Assembly (NCBI RefSeq): GCF_000306885.1
Contig: NC_018267.1
Location: 720,001 to 752,000 of the forward strand
Reading direction: 5' to 3'
Source of the DNA: Wolbachia endosymbiont of Onchocerca ochengi
Lineage (GTDB): Bacteria; Pseudomonadota; Alphaproteobacteria; Rickettsiales; Anaplasmataceae
DNA: 32,000 bases
Below are positions 28,759-32,000 of this stretch, piece by piece. Position 1 is the first letter of the stretch. Each line of letters starts with the position of its first letter. The notes beneath the pieces are model-generated. The model saw only the letters and a program-made list of their open reading frames with translations, was not told the DNA's origin and did not search any database. A program made the position numbers and the translations under genes.

Positions 28759-31383
28759 TTACTCAATAACTTTGCTAAGTTGAGAAGAGTGTACAAGTAT
28801 GTAGTTTAATATTCCACCACTTATTAAATACTTTAATTCAGTTGCAGTTTGCACGCAGCATTTGAGTTGAATTGATTGCTTTGAATTATCTTTTCTTTTG
28901 ATAACGCATTCTAGATTTCCATTTGGCACTATTTTACCTTCTATGTCTATTATTTCACTACCGCGAAATGCTTTTCTAGTTATTCCGTTTTGAAATATAA
29001 GTGGAAGAACACCCATACCAATTAAGTTGGACCTATGTATGCGCTCGAAGCTCTCTGCAATTACAACTTTAACTCCCAGTAATGCAGTACCCTTTGCTGC
29101 CCAATCTCTACTTGAACCTGTACCATATTCTTTTCCTGCAACAACAATTAATGGGACAGCTTCTTTCTTATAGCGCATTGCCACATCAAAAATTGGCATG
29201 ATTTCTTGAGAGGGAATATGCTTTGTGTATCCACCATTGATACTCACCATTTCGTTTTTTATTTTGATATTAGCAAAGGTTGCACGCATCATCACGTTGT
29301 GGTTACCACGACGAGATCCATATGAATTAAAATCTTGTGGTTCAATTTCAAGATCTTTTAAATATATGCCCGCAGGACTATTTAAGGCAATATTTCCAGC
29401 AGGAGAAATGTGATCAGTGGTTATGCTATCACCAAATATTGCTAGTATCTGCGCGTTTTTTATGTTAATTACATTGTTTTTATTGCTCTTCATTGATGAA
29501 CTAATAAAATAAGGAGGATTTTGTATATAAGTGCTTTTTGTATCCCAACTATAGATTTTACTTTTTCTACATTTTACTTTTTGCCAATACTTGTTACCAG
29601 AAAAAACGTTTTTATACTTTTGTATGAACATTTCACGTGTTACAACACTTCTGACACAGTTTTCAATTTCACTGTTTGTTGGCCATAAATCTTTTAGATA
29701 AACGTTGTTTCCATCTTTATTTTTACATATAGGATCTTTTGTTAAATCAATTCGTATAGTACCTGCAAGTGCATATATAACAACAAGCATCGGAGATGCT
29801 AAGTAGTTAGCTTTAGCTAAAGGATGAATCCTTCCTTCAAAATTACGATTACCAGATAAAACTGCAGTGACAGTTAAGTTTTTGCTTTTTATATCATCTT
29901 CTATATCTTTATCAAGTGGACCGGAATTTCCAATGCAAGTCGTGCAGCCATACCCAACTAAATTAAAACCTAAAGCATTTAGATCTTCTTGTAATCCTGA
30001 TTTTTCTAAGTACTCCGTTACAACTTGTGATCCTGGGGCAAGAGAAGTTTTAACCCAAGGTTTTGATTTTATTCCAAGTTTGACTGCATTACGTGCTACA
30101 AGACCAGCAGCAATCATCGTGCTTGGATTTGAGGTATTGGTGCAGCTGGTTATTGCAGCAATAACCACACTTCCGTCTTGAAGTTTATCGCTTTTCTCTA
30201 GTTTACTAACTGGAAACGATTGAGAAAAAGATTCTGAAATTTGTGGAAGAAAAACTTTATCTTGTGGTCTTTTAGGACCGGCCATTACTGGTTTTACACT
30301 TGATAAATCAAGCTCCAACATGTCAAAAAACGCTAACTCGTTACTGTTTCGCAACAATCCTTGTTCTTTTGCATAGACTTCAACTAATTTGATTAACTCC
30401 TCTGGCCTTCCAGTTAAATTTAAATAATCTAGTGTTTTTTGATCAATTGGGAAAAAGCCACAAGTTGCACCATACTCTGGAGCCATATTAGCTATGGTTG
30501 CTCTGTCTTCTATAGATAAATGATCCAACCCACTACCATAAAATTCTACAAACTTACCAACAACACTTTTTTTTCTCAAGATATTTGTAATTGTCAGTAC
30601 TAGATCAGTTGCAGTTACTCCTTCTGAGAGTTTTCCAGTTAATTTAAATCCCACTACCTCTGGGATCATCATGCTAATTGGTTGATCAAGCATTACAGAT
30701 TCAGCTTCTATTCCACCAACACCCCAACCAAGAATTGATAAACTATTAACCATAGTAGTGTGGCTATCTGTGCCGACTACAGTATCAGGGTACACAACCC
30801 CATTTTTGTTACACACAACTTGTGCCAAATACTCGATATTTACTTGGTGACAAATTCCTGTTCCAGGTGGCACTACTCTAAAATTTTTGAAGGATGACTC
30901 TCCCCACTTCAAAAGCTTATACCTCTCCAAATTTCTTTTTACTTCCAATTCAACATTTTTATTAAACGCAGAAATGCTTCCATAACTGTCTACTTGAACA
31001 GAATGGTCAATTACAAGATCAACAGGTACGGATAGATTTATTTTACTTGGGTCACCTCCACTTTTTTTTATATAACTACGCATTGAGGCTAAATCAACAA
31101 TAGCAGGAACTCCTGTAAAATCTTGCATCAACACTCTTGCCGGTTTGTAGCTAATTTCATGATTAACGTGTTTTTCCACACAACTTGCTAGTATTTTTAT
31201 GTCATCAAATCTTACATTCACTCCATCTTCGTTACGTAATAAATTCTCAAGTAAGACCTTTAGTGAGCAAGGTAGTTTAGTTAGGTCTATTCCTAAAAAT
31301 TCACCAGCAGCACTGAGGCTAAAGTAGCTATACAACTTTTTGTTGATGTTTAAAACTGTTTTTGAGTTTAAAGAATTATTCAT
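28759..31383 (-). CDS. acnA: Aconitate hydratase
   Basis: 874-aa ORF; PARVLMQDFTGVPAIVDLA, VVGTDSHTTMVNSLSILGWGVGGIEAE, SCTNTSNPS and GCTTCIGNSG (Fe-S ligands), YGSRRGNHNVMMR, AGKEYGTGSSRDWAAKG. Confidence 0.98.
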   Translation of the reverse strand: MNNSLNSKTVLNINKKLYSYFSLSAAGEFLGIDLTKLPCSLKVLLENLLRNEDGVNVRFDDIKILASCVEKHVNHEISYKPARVLMQDFTGVPAIVDLASMRSYIKKSGGDPSKINLSVPVDLVIDHSVQVDSYGSISAFNKNVELEVKRNLERYKLLKWGESSFKNFRVVPPGTGICHQVNIEYLAQVVCNKNGVVYPDTVVGTDSHTTMVNSLSILGWGVGGIEAESVMLDQPISMMIPEVVGFKLTGKLSEGVTATDLVLTITNILRKKSVVGKFVEFYGSGLDHLSIEDRATIANMAPEYGATCGFFPIDQKTLDYLNLTGRPEELIKLVEVYAKEQGLLRNSNELAFFDMLELDLSSVKPVMAGPKRPQDKVFLPQISESFSQSFPVSKLEKSDKLQDGSVVIAAITSCTNTSNPSTMIAAGLVARNAVKLGIKSKPWVKTSLAPGSQVVTEYLEKSGLQEDLNALGFNLVGYGCTTCIGNSGPLDKDIEDDIKSKNLTVTAVLSGNRNFEGRIHPLAKANYLASPMLVVIYALAGTIRIDLTKDPICKNKDGNNVYLKDLWPTNSEIENCVRSVVTREMFIQKYKNVFSGNKYWQKVKCRKSKIYSWDTKSTYIQNPPYFISSSMKSNKNNVINIKNAQILAIFGDSITTDHISPAGNIALNSPAGIYLKDLEIEPQDFNSYGSRRGNHNVMMRATFANIKIKNEMVSINGGYTKHIPSQEIMPIFDVAMRYKKEAVPLIVVAGKEYGTGSSRDWAAKGTALLGVKVVIAESFERIHRSNLIGMGVLPLIFQNGITRKAFRGSEIIDIEGKIVPNGNLECVIKRKDNSKQSIQLKCCVQTATELKYLISGGILNYILVHSSQLSKVIE

Positions 31384-32000
31384 CTCGTATAGCCATTATT
31401 TAAATGAAAAGAACCACAATCTTGATATCGCTATAAAATGGTATAAATTTCTCTATATTGTAGTAAAATAAGTATGATCACCAATTTATATTATGCAGTC
31501 GGTGTTTAATAAGCTATTATTTGCTGCAAAAACTTTAGGAACAAATATCATGATTGTCAATAATAGACTGAGGTAAACCTTTCTAAAATAGGCATCATTT
31601 TATGTGAAGCTTGGTAAAGAAAAATTTTCATTAGCAGGATAGCATGGAAGTGTATTAGCTACGAAAGCTGCTTAGTGAGTTTTATTGCTTCTTTCACCAT
31701 AAGGTTGGAATTATTTACTTATTTTTATAATTTTGTAGTAAATTAGTGACAAAAAACTTAATGTATTTGATGTATGTTATGTTTAATTTTTTGCATTGTG
31801 TACGTCTTATATCTTTTAAAACACTAGACTTTTGCAAGTTGAAACATACTTGTATAGTATTTTTGGACAGCAAAGACATTAAATAGATATAAATGAGAAT
31901 TAGAGTACTAGTTGTTTTGTTTTAGGTCCATTCTGTTTTTTTTGCTTAGTAAGCTCCTTAATATCTATAATTTAGCTAGTTGCATTTAAAATGTAGTTAA

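Noticed and set aside
29225-30181. Plus-strand ORFs of 62 and 104 aa opposite acnA
   Set aside because: Antisense to acnA.
1-32000. tRNA/rRNA genes, CRISPR arrays, IS elements, prophage or toxin-antitoxin modules
   Set aside because: Reading the spacers showed no convincing T-loop GTTCGAATC-type signatures, regularly spaced repeats, transposase/integrase motifs or paired small ORFs. tRNAscan-SE, Infernal and a genome self-BLAST would be needed to exclude degenerate cases.

Overview
This AT-rich 32 kb window looks like part of a Wolbachia-type (Rickettsiales) chromosome. The coding content is mostly core genes: nuoJ-K-L-M (minus strand), a large porin-like outer membrane protein, ccmC, a PPDK/PEPS regulatory kinase-phosphorylase, rpmJ (42 aa, missing from the supplied ORF track), a frameshifted FtsB/DivIC-like gene, a secreted intradiol-dioxygenase-like protein, pepA, rho, a DUF1013/TrcR-like regulator, a PpiD/SurA-type isomerase, a tight nusA-infB-rbfA-ubiA cluster, putA and acnA. 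About three quarters of the window is coding. The rest is long AT-rich spacer, notably 6.8-9.6 kb, with short coding-like islands interrupted by stops, as expected from old pseudogenes in a reduced endosymbiont genome. I found no tRNA/rRNA, CRISPR, IS element, prophage, toxin-antitoxin pair or convincing new multi-gene system. The best leads are: (1) the rpmJ missed by the ORF track; (2) an FtsB/DivIC-like gene split by a -1 shift at an A6 run; (3) a secreted intradiol dioxygenase-like protein that appears to lack several Fe(III) ligands; (4) a nested palindromic element downstream of the ppiD-like gene; (5) degraded coding islands. Homology calls are from recalled family motifs, not database searches.
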